NCBI GenBank assembly: GCA_963833985.1 | Contig: CAWIAD010000002.1 | Coordinates: forward strand, 1,472,001-1,536,000 | Length of the DNA stretch: 64,000 bases | Direction: 5' to 3' | Origin: an uncultured Planctomycetaceae bacterium | GTDB lineage: Bacteria; Planctomycetota; Planctomycetia; Isosphaerales; Isosphaeraceae | Shown: one piece after another, positions 1 through 9,587 of the stretch | Numbering within the stretch: the stretch's first letter is position 1 | How the letters are laid out: each line of letters starts with the position of its first letter | Translations under genes and position numbers: made by a program | The notes under the pieces: model-generated | The model's database searches: none | What the model was told of the DNA's origin: nothing | The model's input: the letters and a program-made list of their open reading frames with translations, nothing else

Positions 1-454
1 TGACGCCCGCGGTCTTGCCATGCAGGTCGAAGCCCTGGAGCCCCGCGAGCGAGAAGTTGTGCTCCCGAACCCGGTTGAAGGCGCGGTGGGTCTTGCGGTT
101 CAAGGCGAGGATCAGCGCGACGGTGTGCTCGGCCACCGAGTACGGCGAATAGTTCGGCACGCGTGTCACCGGCAGGCCCAGATCCTTCGCCGCCGGCAGG
201 TCCACGTTGTTGAAGCCCGTACACCTCAGGGCCAGCAGGCGTACTCCCAGCCCCGCGAGCTCCTCCAGCACCTCGCGGCCGGCGTCGTCGTTCACGAACA
301 CGCAGACGGCCTGTGCGCCGTGGGCCGCGTGGGCGGTCTCCGGCCCGAGGCGGAATTCGAGGAATCGCCAGTCGATCACGTCCGCACTCACGGCCCGCGT
401 GAGGGCGTCGCGATCGTAGGGCTTGGTGTCGTACACGGCGACGGTCGTTGTCAT
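1..454 (-). CDS. ldhA: D-lactate dehydrogenase / 2-hydroxyacid dehydrogenase (5' part; runs off the window)
   Basis: My translation from ATG at 454 (GGAGG RBS): MTTTVAVYDTKPYDR...AVCVFVNDD...LALRCTGFNNVDL...VTRVPNYSPYSVAEHTVALILALNRKTHRAFNRVREHNFSL.GLQGFDLHGKTAGV. These are classic LdhA motifs. Not in the ORF track because it has no stop inside the window. Confidence 0.9.
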   Translation of the reverse strand, partial: MTTTVAVYDTKPYDRDALTRAVSADVIDWRFLEFRLGPETAHAAHGAQAVCVFVNDDAGREVLEELAGLGVRLLALRCTGFNNVDLPAAKDLGLPVTRVPNYSPYSVAEHTVALILALNRKTHRAFNRVREHNFSLAGLQGFDLHGKTAGV

Positions 455-497
455 GGCCCCCTCCGGTCTTCAGTGGCCGACCCGATCGCGGAACCTC

Positions 498-783
498 TTA
501 ATCTCCGAGGCAGACCCCCAGCGCCCGTGCGGCCCGCACGAAGCCTCCCGTGGGCGGGACCGTCTTCAATCGCCCGACCGCTTCCGTGATCCTCACGGCA
601 CCCACCCGGTCGCCCTGATAGGCTACCATATACCCGTACTGGCCGGCCGCGATCAACTCCACGGCCTCGACGCCGAAGACCGTGCAAAGCGTGGACGAAG
701 TTCGCCTTGGCGACCACCCGGATCACCGCGTTCAGCCCCGGGCAGTCGCCCCCGCAAGTCACGTTGCCGATGCGCTCGCTCAT
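498..783 (-). pseudogene. pfkA: 6-phosphofructokinase remnant with most of the gene deleted
   Basis: N-terminal motif RIGNVTCGGDCPGLNAVIRVV is followed in another frame by the PfkA C-terminus LCTVFGVEAVELIAAGQYGYMVAY...EAVGRLKTVPPTGGFVRAARALGVCLGD*. Total length is only about 95 codons. Confidence 0.75.
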
Positions 784-857
784 AATCCGCAGCCCTGCTT
801 CGCGTCACGCCTGCACGTGGGCCCTTCGCGTCTCGGAAACTCGCCAGGGCAGAATGC

Positions 858-1981
858 CTACTTGGTCACTGCGATGGACTTGCGGAACTGGCCAATGCTG
901 AAAGCGAAGAAGGCCAGGCCGATGGTGGCGACCGCAAGGAACTGCGGCCACACGGTCTCGATTCCTGCGCCCGGAAGATGATGGCCTGGGAGAAGGCGAC
1001 GAAGTGGCGCGAGGGGAGCAACAGCGTGAGGCGCTGCATCCACAGCGGCTGGCTCTCCACGGGCGTGCTGCCGCCCGACAGGAGTTGCAGGACGATGATG
1101 ACCAGGATGATCAGGAGCGCGAACTGGGCCATCGAGCGGGAGATTGTGCCGAGGTAGAGCCCCAGCGCCGTGGCGAAGAACAGGTAGAGCACGACGCCCA
1201 GGAAGAACAGCGGGAGCGAGCCGGCGATGGGCACATCGAGCAGGGTGCGGACGACCACGTACATCGAGGCGGCGACGGCCGTGAGGATGACCAGTCCGTT
1301 GGCCCAGACCTTGGACATGGCGATCTCGAACGGGGTCAGAGGCAGCGTGAGGAGATGCTCGATGGTGCCGTGCTCCCGCTCCCTGATCAGTGCGGCCCCG
1401 GTCAGGACCACGGTGAGCGTGGTGATCTGGTTGACGAGGGCGACGATGGCGCCGAACCAGGAGGCGTCGCCGTTGGGGTTGAACGCTTTGCGGACGACGA
1501 CGCGGAGGGGAAGTTCTGGCTTTGCGTCCGTGCGGTGGATGAACGAGTTGACCCGGTCGATCAGGATGTTCTTGATGTAGCCAGCTCCGATGCTGGCCTG
1601 CTGCATCGCCGTGGCGTCCACATCCACCTGGATCTCGGAAGGCCGGCCGCGGCGAAGGTCGATCTCAAACCCCGGTGGGATGGCCACGATGAACATGTAA
1701 CGACCGCGGTCCATTGCGGCGGTGGCGTCTCCGGCCGTGATGATCTGGGGATGCTGGAAGCGGGGTGGGTAAAACGCGGCGATGAGCTCCTTGGAGAGCT
1801 GAGACTGGTCCTCGTCGATGAAGGCGAGGCTGGCGTTGTTGACCTCGGACTTGACGCCGCGGGCCTGCGAGATGACCGCCAGAGTGAACGCGTAGAGGAT
1901 GAAGGCGACGAGCACGGGGTCGCTCGCAAGGCTGCGCAGCTCCTTGAGCCCGAGCCAGAGTATGTTCGCGGCGCGACCCAT
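858..1981 (-). CDS. yhhJ: ABC-2 type transporter permease (YhhJ-like); frameshift near 970
   Basis: ORF 866..1981 has LIREREHGTIEHLL and LSGGSTPVESQP. The true C-terminus GAGIETVWPQFLAVATIG... is in ORF 858..1043. One G appears to be missing in a G run. Confidence 0.85.
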
Positions 1982-1983
1982 GG

Positions 1984-4785
1984 TCAGGTCTCCTGGCGGG
2001 GCAGGCCCGCGACGCTGAAGCCGATCAGGACGGGGATGAAGGCGGCCAGGGCGAGGGCGTCGATCCAGAGGCCCTCGGCTCCCAGGCCCTTGGTAAAGGC
2101 CCCGACGCTGGCGTGCATGTAGTAGGTGGTCGGCCAGATCGTGCCGAGGACCCGAGCGCCGCCGTCCAGGGTGGAGACGGGCTGGAGCATCCCCGAGAAC
2201 TGAGTGGTCGGCAGGATGGTGAGGATCGCCGTGATGAACACGGCCGCTACCTGGCTGGAGGTGAAGGTGGCAACGAGCATGCCCAGGGACGTGGTGGCAG
2301 TGACATAGAGCAGGGCGCAGACCGTCAGCATCCAGCCGCTCCCCTTCAGCGGCACGCCGAAGACGGCGACCGCCATCAGCAGCAGGAGGACGTGGTTGAT
2401 CATCCCGATGACGATGTAAGGAAGCTGCTTGCCGACCAGGAACTCGATGCGCCGGGTGGGTGTGACATAGAAGTTGATGATCGAGCCCAGCTCCTTCTCG
2501 CGGACGACGCTGACGGCCATCAGGATCGCCGGGATCAGGATCAGCAGGATGGCCGGCACGCTGGGGACGATCGCATAGAGACTCTCGAACGTGGGGTTGT
2601 AGACGAAGCGGTTCTCCACATCGAACGCGGTCTCGCCCGGCAGCACCCTGGGACTGTTCCGCCCCTGCTCGCGCAGATAGCTGTTGTGCACGCCCAACAC
2701 GTACTGGCGAAGGCTCTCGGCGCGGTTGGTCGGCGCACCGTCGACCCAGGCGGTGACCTCGCCCGGATTGCCCTGTTGGAGGTTTCGGCCAAAGTTGGAC
2801 GCGACCTCCAGGGCGACCTCGATCTCATGTGATTTGAGCCGGAGCTCCATCTCATCGGGCGTCTGGCCCGGCGCGTGGGGGACGAAGTACCGGGAGCCCT
2901 CGAAGGCCGAAATGTAGGCCCGGCTCTCGGGCGAGCGGTCGAGGTCGAGGTCGGCGAAGCGGATGTTCTCCACGTCGGTGGTGATGCCGAAGCCGAAGGC
3001 GAGCATCATGAGGGCGGAGCCGACGAAGGCAAACAGCAGGCGGACCGGGTCGCGCTCGATCTCCTGGGCCTCGCGACGGCTGTAGGCGAGCATCCGACCC
3101 AGTCGGAAGCCGGGGCGGAGATCGTCGGCGTGCGCGGGGGCCGCCGGAGCGGCGTGCGTCACGAAGGCCGCGGCGTCGCTGTCGGCTCGGTCCTTGTTCT
3201 TCGATTCCGGAGCCTCGCTGGCGGCGTCGGCGATGTAACCGATGAAGGCGGCCTCCAGGTCGTCGGTACCGCGGCTGGCCATGAGCTGGGCCGGGGTGTC
3301 GCAGGCGAGGACAGTGCCGGCGTGCATCAGGGAGATACGATCGCAGCGCAGGGCCTCGTTCATGAAATGGGTGGAGACGAAGATCGTGACGCCCTGGCGG
3401 CGGGAGAGGTCGATGAGGAGCTCCCAGAATTCGTCGCGAGCGACGGGATCAACGCCCGAGGTGGGCTCATCGAGCAGGAGCATGTCGGGCTCGTGCAGGA
3501 CGGCGACGGCCAGGGACAGCCGTTGCTTGAGCCCCAGCGGGAGCTCCTCCGAGGCGGCGTCGAGATGGGCCCGCAGGCCGAACCGATCGACCAGCTCGTC
3601 GATGCGGGCGCGGTTGCGGGCGCGAGGGAGGTTGAAGATGCGGGCGTGGAGTTCGAGGTTCTGACGGACCGTGAGCTCGCCGTAAAGGGAGAAGGCCTGC
3701 GACATGTAGCCGACCCGCTTGCGCGTGGCCAGGTCGTCGGCGTCCACGGGATCGCCGAAGAGCCTGGCCTGGCCCTCGGTGGCAGGCAGGAGGCCGGTCA
3801 GCATCTTCATCGTGGTGGACTTGCCGCAGCCGTTGGAGCCCAGGAAGCCGAAGATCTCGCCGCGGCCGATGGCGAAATTGACGCGGTTCACGGCGGTGAA
3901 GGAGCCGAACCGCTTGGTGAGGTCGGTGGCCTGGATGGCGGGCTCCCCCCCGGGGTCCACGCGGGGAGGGATCTTCAGGGCGCGGCGACCGCCCGCCTCG
4001 GCGCCCGGCAGCAGCGCGACGAACGCGTCCTCCAGGTTCGCGGCGCCTGTGCGTTTCATGAGCTGGGCGGGAGTTCCGGTGGCGATGACGCGGCCGGCAT
4101 CCATGGCGATGGTCCAGTCGAAGCGCTGGGCCTCGTCCATGTAGGCCGTGGAGACCAGCACGCTCATGCCGGGCCGATCGGCGCGGATGCGATCGATGAG
4201 TGACCAGAACTGCTGGCGGGAGAGAGGATCCACTCCGGTGGTCGGCTCGTCGAGGATGAGCAGGTCCGGGTCGTGGATCAGGGCGCCGCAGAGGCCCACC
4301 TTCTGCTTCATGCCGCCGGAGAGCTTGCCGGCGGGGCGGTCGGGGAACGGCCCCAGGCCCGTGGCGTCGAGCAGCGCGCGGATGCGGCCGGCACGCTCCG
4401 CGTCGGGCACGCCGAAGAGCCTGGCGAAGAAGTCGATGTTCTCGAAGACGCTGAGCTCGAGATAGAGGTTCTTGCCCAGTCCCTGAGGCATGAAGGCAAT
4501 GCGTGGGCAGGCGGCGTCGCGGTGGGCGGGCTCGGCCATGTCGCCGCCGAGGACGCGGACCGATCCCGCCTGGATCTTCTTCGAGCCGGCAATCAGGCCC
4601 ATGAGCGTGGACTTGCCGACGCCGTCGGGGCCGATCAGGCCGACCATGCATCCGGCAGGGATGTCAAGCTCCAGCGCGTCCAGCGCGCGGGTGGTCCCAT
4701 AAGTGTGCGAGACGCCGCGGACCGATACCACCGGCGCCGTGTCACGGTCTGGAGAGGTGGAGACGCTCATGCTGGGGGAGGCCAT
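1984..4785 (-). CDS. rbbA: RbbA-like dual ABC ATPase fused to an ABC-2 membrane domain
   Basis: Two Walker A motifs (GPDGVGKS, GSNGCGKS), LSGGMKQK signature, DEPTTGVDP, C-terminal permease with VVREKELGSI. Typical yhiI-rbbA-yhhJ gene order. Confidence 0.92.
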   Translation of the reverse strand: MASPSMSVSTSPDRDTAPVVSVRGVSHTYGTTRALDALELDIPAGCMVGLIGPDGVGKSTLMGLIAGSKKIQAGSVRVLGGDMAEPAHRDAACPRIAFMPQGLGKNLYLELSVFENIDFFARLFGVPDAERAGRIRALLDATGLGPFPDRPAGKLSGGMKQKVGLCGALIHDPDLLILDEPTTGVDPLSRQQFWSLIDRIRADRPGMSVLVSTAYMDEAQRFDWTIAMDAGRVIATGTPAQLMKRTGAANLEDAFVALLPGAEAGGRRALKIPPRVDPGGEPAIQATDLTKRFGSFTAVNRVNFAIGRGEIFGFLGSNGCGKSTTMKMLTGLLPATEGQARLFGDPVDADDLATRKRVGYMSQAFSLYGELTVRQNLELHARIFNLPRARNRARIDELVDRFGLRAHLDAASEELPLGLKQRLSLAVAVLHEPDMLLLDEPTSGVDPVARDEFWELLIDLSRRQGVTIFVSTHFMNEALRCDRISLMHAGTVLACDTPAQLMASRGTDDLEAAFIGYIADAASEAPESKNKDRADSDAAAFVTHAAPAAPAHADDLRPGFRLGRMLAYSRREAQEIERDPVRLLFAFVGSALMMLAFGFGITTDVENIRFADLDLDRSPESRAYISAFEGSRYFVPHAPGQTPDEMELRLKSHEIEVALEVASNFGRNLQQGNPGEVTAWVDGAPTNRAESLRQYVLGVHNSYLREQGRNSPRVLPGETAFDVENRFVYNPTFESLYAIVPSVPAILLILIPAILMAVSVVREKELGSIINFYVTPTRRIEFLVGKQLPYIVIGMINHVLLLLMAVAVFGVPLKGSGWMLTVCALLYVTATTSLGMLVATFTSSQVAAVFITAILTILPTTQFSGMLQPVSTLDGGARVLGTIWPTTYYMHASVGAFTKGLGAEGLWIDALALAAFIPVLIGFSVAGLPRQET

Positions 4786-4799
4786 CGCGTCGCCCTCCG

Positions 4800-5886
4800 T
4801 CAGGGTCGGGGGGCCGGCGTTTCCGGTTGAGTGGCCGGGACCCCATGGCCTTCGGCGACGTGACCGCTCTCCGGCTTTCCGGCTTCCGCGGTCGAGGCGG
4901 GAGTGGGTCCCGGGAAGGGGCGATCAAGGCGTTCGGGCCAGGCAGCCGAGTCGTCAAGCCGGACGTAGCCGACGCCGCGGATGCCGGTCTTGATGCGCTC
5001 GATGACGGGCAGGATGCGCTCGGAGGGGACGCTCAGCTTCACGCGGAACATCAGCTTGTCGCGCTCGCTCCGGGTTTCGACTTCCTTGGGCGTGAACTGG
5101 GCCTCCGGGGCGACAAAGGTCACCCTGGCGCGCGCGGCGTACTCGGGGGCGACGTCCAGGACGATCCGGGCTTCGGCGCCAAGCTTTGTTTTCACTGCGT
5201 CCTGAGCCGGCAGGTAAATCTCCATGTACACATCGCCGAGGTTCACGAGTGTGAGCACCTTGCCTCCGCTGCCCAGTACCTCGCCCTCCTCGGCAAGGCG
5301 GTAGAGGACGCGACCCGCGACGGTCGACTTGAGGGTCATGTCGTCGATCCGCGACTGGATCGTTGCCGCCTCGGCCTTGGCCGCTTCGACTGACTTGCGA
5401 GCCGTGTTGAGCCGGGCTTTCTCACCCTCGAGCGCCGCACGGCGGGTCCTGGCCATGGTATCCTTGATGTCGTAATCCTCGCGCGAGCTGGCCTTGCGCA
5501 AGAAGATTTCGCTCTCTCGCCAACTCGACTTCGGCCAGCTTCAGCTGGCTCTCAGCCTGGGCAATGTCGGCCTGGACCTCCAAGCCCTTCGCCTCTTCCT
5601 GGGCGACGGTCGCCTCGGCTCGCGCCAGTTCCGATCTGAGTGTGACGGTATCTATCCTGGCGACGACCTGACCAGCCTTGACCATGTCCCCCTCGTGGAC
5701 GAGGATGGTCTCGACCCGGCCCGGCTCCTTGGTGGTCACGTCCACCTGGACCGACTCGACCCGCCCATTGCCCGCGGCAAACCCGGGCGGCAGCGCATTG
5801 AGTCGGGACTGGTAGGACTGCCAGGCGAGGACCCCGCCCCCGGCGAGGAGGGCGAGCACGAGGACCCAGAACGTTTTCCCCTTCAT
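4800..5886 (-). CDS. yhiI: HlyD-family membrane fusion protein (YhiI-like); frameshift near 5497
   Basis: ORF 5422..5886 has an N-terminal TM and GNGRVE...GRVETILVHEGDMV. ORF 4800..5501 has AQFTPKEVETRSERDKLMFRVK. Confidence 0.85.
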
Positions 5887-5968
5887 GGCGGACGCTCCCG
5901 AGGATCCGTTGACTTGACGACACCTGTCACTACGGGGCCGCCGTGCCCCATCGATGTTCCGGCCCCGT

Positions 5969-6925
5969 TCAGAGGGCGGTGAGGGCCAGGTCGCAGAGCA
6001 ATCGAGCGGGAAGCTGGTCGTAGGACCGCCGAACCTCGTGGAAGGCGAAAACGAGGAGATCGAGATCTCCCTTCAGACTGAGACGGCCGGACTCCAGAGC
6101 GGCGGCTTCCTGAAACACCTTCGGAGCCGGACCAACCACGGTTTCGAGAAGCGGTGACGCCCACACGCCGTGCCGCTCGTTGCCGGGAACGTAAACCGGC
6201 TGCTCGAGTGTGATCGGGCGATCCAGCACCAATCCGGTTACAAGCGGGATCAGCATGGCGGTCAGGGGAAAGTTCGCCAGGTACTCCCAGTCGCCAATCC
6301 GGACCGGCTCGGAGAGCGCCAGGCCCCGCGACCGGAACGCCTTCTCGGTGAGCTCCAAACAGTAGAGCGAGTCATCCTCCATGCGGAAGCCGGCGTCGAA
6401 GGGAACCTGTCGCTCATACGCGGCAAGGTGGTAATCGATCACGCCGGCGATGCGGTTGCGGTGCTCCGGCTTGAGCCGCTTCACCCCCAGGGCTCCCAGG
6501 CTGTCGAGCATCCAGACCTCGAAAGGCTGGCGCTGGACTCCCGCGGACGAGCAGTCATAGACCACCGGCGATCCGTCCTCGATCGCGATAACGCCGGTGT
6601 GCGAGAAGGGACTGCCGGTCGCCCGGGCGATGAACCGACTGAGCGGAACCATGCCGCGCATGACACGTGCATCGCCGAGCCGGAAGACGATGTCTCCCTG
6701 GCGCAGCACCTCCCGTCCCCATTCATGCCAGCGTGCCATGCCTGGGTTGGACGGCAGCGGCGAGAGCTGCCCGGTGTTCCGGGCACGCGTTGCGGCCGGG
6801 CCCCAATAATTGCCACACCAGGTGGGTGGTTTCAACCAGTCGGTCGCTTCCGCCGTACCCTGTTCGTACGTCGCCAGCGCGATCATCCAGCAGAAGATAT
6901 GGAGCACGGAAGTCTCCAGGTGCAT
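5969..6925 (-). CDS. Permuted papain-like amidase (YiiX/YebB, NlpC/P60 superfamily), probably exported
   Basis: GDIVFR, FSHTGVI (His) and downstream LYCLEL (Cys) in the circularly permuted order; hydrophobic N-terminus. Confidence 0.75.
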   Translation of the reverse strand: MHLETSVLHIFCWMIALATYEQGTAEATDWLKPPTWCGNYWGPAATRARNTGQLSPLPSNPGMARWHEWGREVLRQGDIVFRLGDARVMRGMVPLSRFIARATGSPFSHTGVIAIEDGSPVVYDCSSAGVQRQPFEVWMLDSLGALGVKRLKPEHRNRIAGVIDYHLAAYERQVPFDAGFRMEDDSLYCLELTEKAFRSRGLALSEPVRIGDWEYLANFPLTAMLIPLVTGLVLDRPITLEQPVYVPGNERHGVWASPLLETVVGPAPKVFQEAAALESGRLSLKGDLDLLVFAFHEVRRSYDQLPARLLCDLALTAL

Positions 6926-7972
6926 CTCGGGGAGTCCGGACCGACGGATCCGTTACTGTCCCCAGGCCCTTGCTTCTCCTGGGGGAGCTTCCGTGCGCGG
7001 AAATGGCTCTGAACTGGGTGAGTGGAAGGGTGCCAAGCCGGCCGAAGACCAGCCGGCGACCAGGGGCAAAGTCCCAGAAACTGGCACATGATCGCTGGTT
7101 CGAATCGGAGCCTTCCGGAGAGCCGAACCTTTCAGCACTTCAACGTCGCTGGAGCTTCTTCGTTCGGAAATATGGCCGCATCCGCAGCATCCAGCGCACC
7201 GCAATCCGGACCCGCCTGCTCAACGCTCAGATACTGAACCCACGGGTCGACTTGGCCTCTTCGCCTCGCGATTTCTCCGGACCTGGTTCTTAACGGCTAT
7301 TAATCTACCACAGTGTGCATTCGCAATGATAGTGGGTTGGTTCGTATCTGGCTTGATAGGCGTCGTCGGGCAACGCTCTGTGCATAAGAGTCGATGGAAA
7401 ATCAAGCAGCGATCGGCGGCAACTGCTTGAGTGCAAGGACGTCCATGAGCCACGACACCCCTTCGAGAAATGACGCGGAAGCCTACGAGAACGCCGATGA
7501 AGGTCAAGCCCGACATCGGAATCCCACGCCTTATCGCCTCCCAGCGCGCTGGGCCACCCGTACTCTGACAAATGCCCGCCCCCTCAATGACGTGTGACCC
7601 GCGGCGCGTCCCGAAATTCCGGATCTGAATGATCAAATCCTGAGGCCGTCCCCATTCCCCTCCGACCCGCACCCAGCAGCAAGTGGCCCGGGACACCAAG
7701 CCGAATTGTCAGGCAACCCCCCGACCTTGAATCCCGCGCGGGCGGAACGGATGCCACCCTGAATCATGATGGCCCCGTCCTCCGCCTTCACGTCTCCGAC
7801 CGTCTTTCGGTAGAGGACGTTCCCACCGTCCGCCGTCGAGTCCGCGCTGCACACGACATTGCTGGGCCGCTCGACTTCCCACTGGCCGGACTGATGACAC
7901 CACCAGGCTCGCATGCCGGATCTCCGGGAACCAATATGAGTGAATGATCTGCAAGTGCACCAGCGTCGCCGC

Positions 7973-9412
7973 TCAGTCGATTCCCAGCTCTTTTTGAATC
8001 TCCTCCAGTGGCACACCCTTGGTCTCGGGCATCACGAAGAGGGCCCAGAGTAACTGTCCGAACATCATCACCGCGTAGAAGGCAAAGGCGTGGCCGCCGG
8101 ACTTGCTGGCGATGAGCGGGAACGTCCAGGTAATGAGCGCAGCCATCACCCAGTGCGTCGTGCTCCCCAGGGCCTGGCCGGAGGCACGCACGCGGTTGGG
8201 GAAGATCTCGCTGATGAAGACCCAGATCACCGCGCCCTGGCCGAAGGCATGGGCTGCAATGAACAGGAGCAGGCTCGCCAGGACGATACGCGAGCCGGCC
8301 GGCGTGAACTCGGTGCCGTAGGTGTAGAACGCCCAGGCCGTGGCACCAAGGCTGATCAGGTAGCCGACCGAACCGACGAGGATGAGCTTGCGCCGGCCGA
8401 AGTGGTCAATCACGGTCATGGCCAGCATCGTGAAGATCAGGTTCGTGCCGCCGACGGCCACCGATTGCAGGAGCGCCGAGGCCTTGCCCGCGCCGGCCAT
8501 CTCGAAGACCCTCGGCGCGTAATAAAGGATGGCGTTGATCCCGGAAAGCTGGTTGAACATGGCAATGGCGACGGCCAGCAAGATGGGCTTGCGGTACCTT
8601 GCCTGGAAGAGCGAATCGCCCTGGTGGTGCTCCAGGTCGAGCGAGCGCTGGATCTCGGCAAGCTCGTCATCCACGCCGGGCCCGTCGACGCCAATCCTCG
8701 TGAGGATCCCGCGCGCCTGATCGCGCTGTCCCCGGGCCATGAGCCAGCGGGGGCTCTCGGGCGTGGGGAAGAGCAGAAGGAAGAAGAGTGCGGAGGGGAC
8801 CACCTGCACGCCCAGCATCCAGCGCCATTCGTCTGCACCCAGTCCCATCTGCGCGATGAGGAAATTCGACAGGAATGCGACAAGGATGCCCAGCACGATA
8901 TTGAATTGCTGCGCCGCCACGAAGCGGCCGCGCACCGGAGCCGGGGAGATCTCGGCGATGTAGAGCGGCGAGACCACCGACGCGCCGCCAACCGCCAGCC
9001 CGCCGACGAAGCGGAAGGCCAGGAACGCGTACCAGCTCCAGGCCAGCGCACTGCCCAGCGCCGAGATGAAGTAGAGGATCGCCAGGACCATGAGCGCGCG
9101 CCGCCGTCCCCAGACGTCCGAGGGCTTACCCGAGAAGATCGAGCCGATGATCGTGCCCACCAGCGCGATGGCGACAGTGAATCCAAGCTGGTTCTCATCG
9201 AGACCGAAGGCGCCCTTGAGCGCGTCGGTCGTGCCCGAGATGACCGCGGTGTCGAACCCGAAGAGGAAGCCGCCCAGGGCCGCCACGATGGCGCTGCCGA
9301 TGAGCACCCGCGTGACCTTCACCCGAGGCGGGGAGGATGGCCCGCCCGCCATGGCTGGTCGATATTCCGAGGCAATCACGGTCAGGTCTCCCGAGGTACG
9401 AACAACTGCCAC
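7973..9412 (-). CDS. MFS sugar porter (XylE/GalP/AraE family); start may be at 9352
   Basis: GGFLFGFDTAVISG, DVWGRR, YIAEISPAPVRG, PESPRWL, QLSGINAILYYAP, PETKG motifs. Confidence 0.93.
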   Translation of the reverse strand: MAVVRTSGDLTVIASEYRPAMAGGPSSPPRVKVTRVLIGSAIVAALGGFLFGFDTAVISGTTDALKGAFGLDENQLGFTVAIALVGTIIGSIFSGKPSDVWGRRRALMVLAILYFISALGSALAWSWYAFLAFRFVGGLAVGGASVVSPLYIAEISPAPVRGRFVAAQQFNIVLGILVAFLSNFLIAQMGLGADEWRWMLGVQVVPSALFFLLLFPTPESPRWLMARGQRDQARGILTRIGVDGPGVDDELAEIQRSLDLEHHQGDSLFQARYRKPILLAVAIAMFNQLSGINAILYYAPRVFEMAGAGKASALLQSVAVGGTNLIFTMLAMTVIDHFGRRKLILVGSVGYLISLGATAWAFYTYGTEFTPAGSRIVLASLLLFIAAHAFGQGAVIWVFISEIFPNRVRASGQALGSTTHWVMAALITWTFPLIASKSGGHAFAFYAVMMFGQLLWALFVMPETKGVPLEEIQKELGID

Positions 9413-9587
9413 GCCGCGCCTGTTGCCGGCACTGGCTGCCGCCGGCCAAGGATCACGGTACTCTGGAATTCACCAGAATAGTCGAAGAGCACGCCGCGAA
9501 GAACACACCGGCGGCACTTGCACGTTGCGGATCGGTCCGCGCTCGGTTTACAATTGTCAGAGACTACAGGCCGGGGAGGGCTTGAAC

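Noticed and set aside
858..5886. RbbA exporter as the transporter for the double-glycine peptide
   Set aside because: It has no C39 peptidase domain, lies 12 kb away, and is a widespread conserved operon.
7081..7096. Sigma54 promoter CTGGCACATGATCGCT
   Set aside because: GG to GC spacing is 9 rather than 10, and no credible gene follows.
7090..7112. tRNA (GGTTCGAATC T-loop-like motif)
   Set aside because: The T-stem does not pair (GCTGG versus CGGAG), and I find no cloverleaf or acceptor stem.
6926..7972. Genes or ncRNA in the 1-kb gap
   Set aside because: The short ORFs have no recognisable motifs and I see no convincing structure. Left unannotated; an Rfam or tBLASTx search would be needed.
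9090..9587. N-terminal extension of the 655-aa ORF
   Set aside because: It overlaps the sugar porter on the other strand; the RBS and signal point to ATG 9588.
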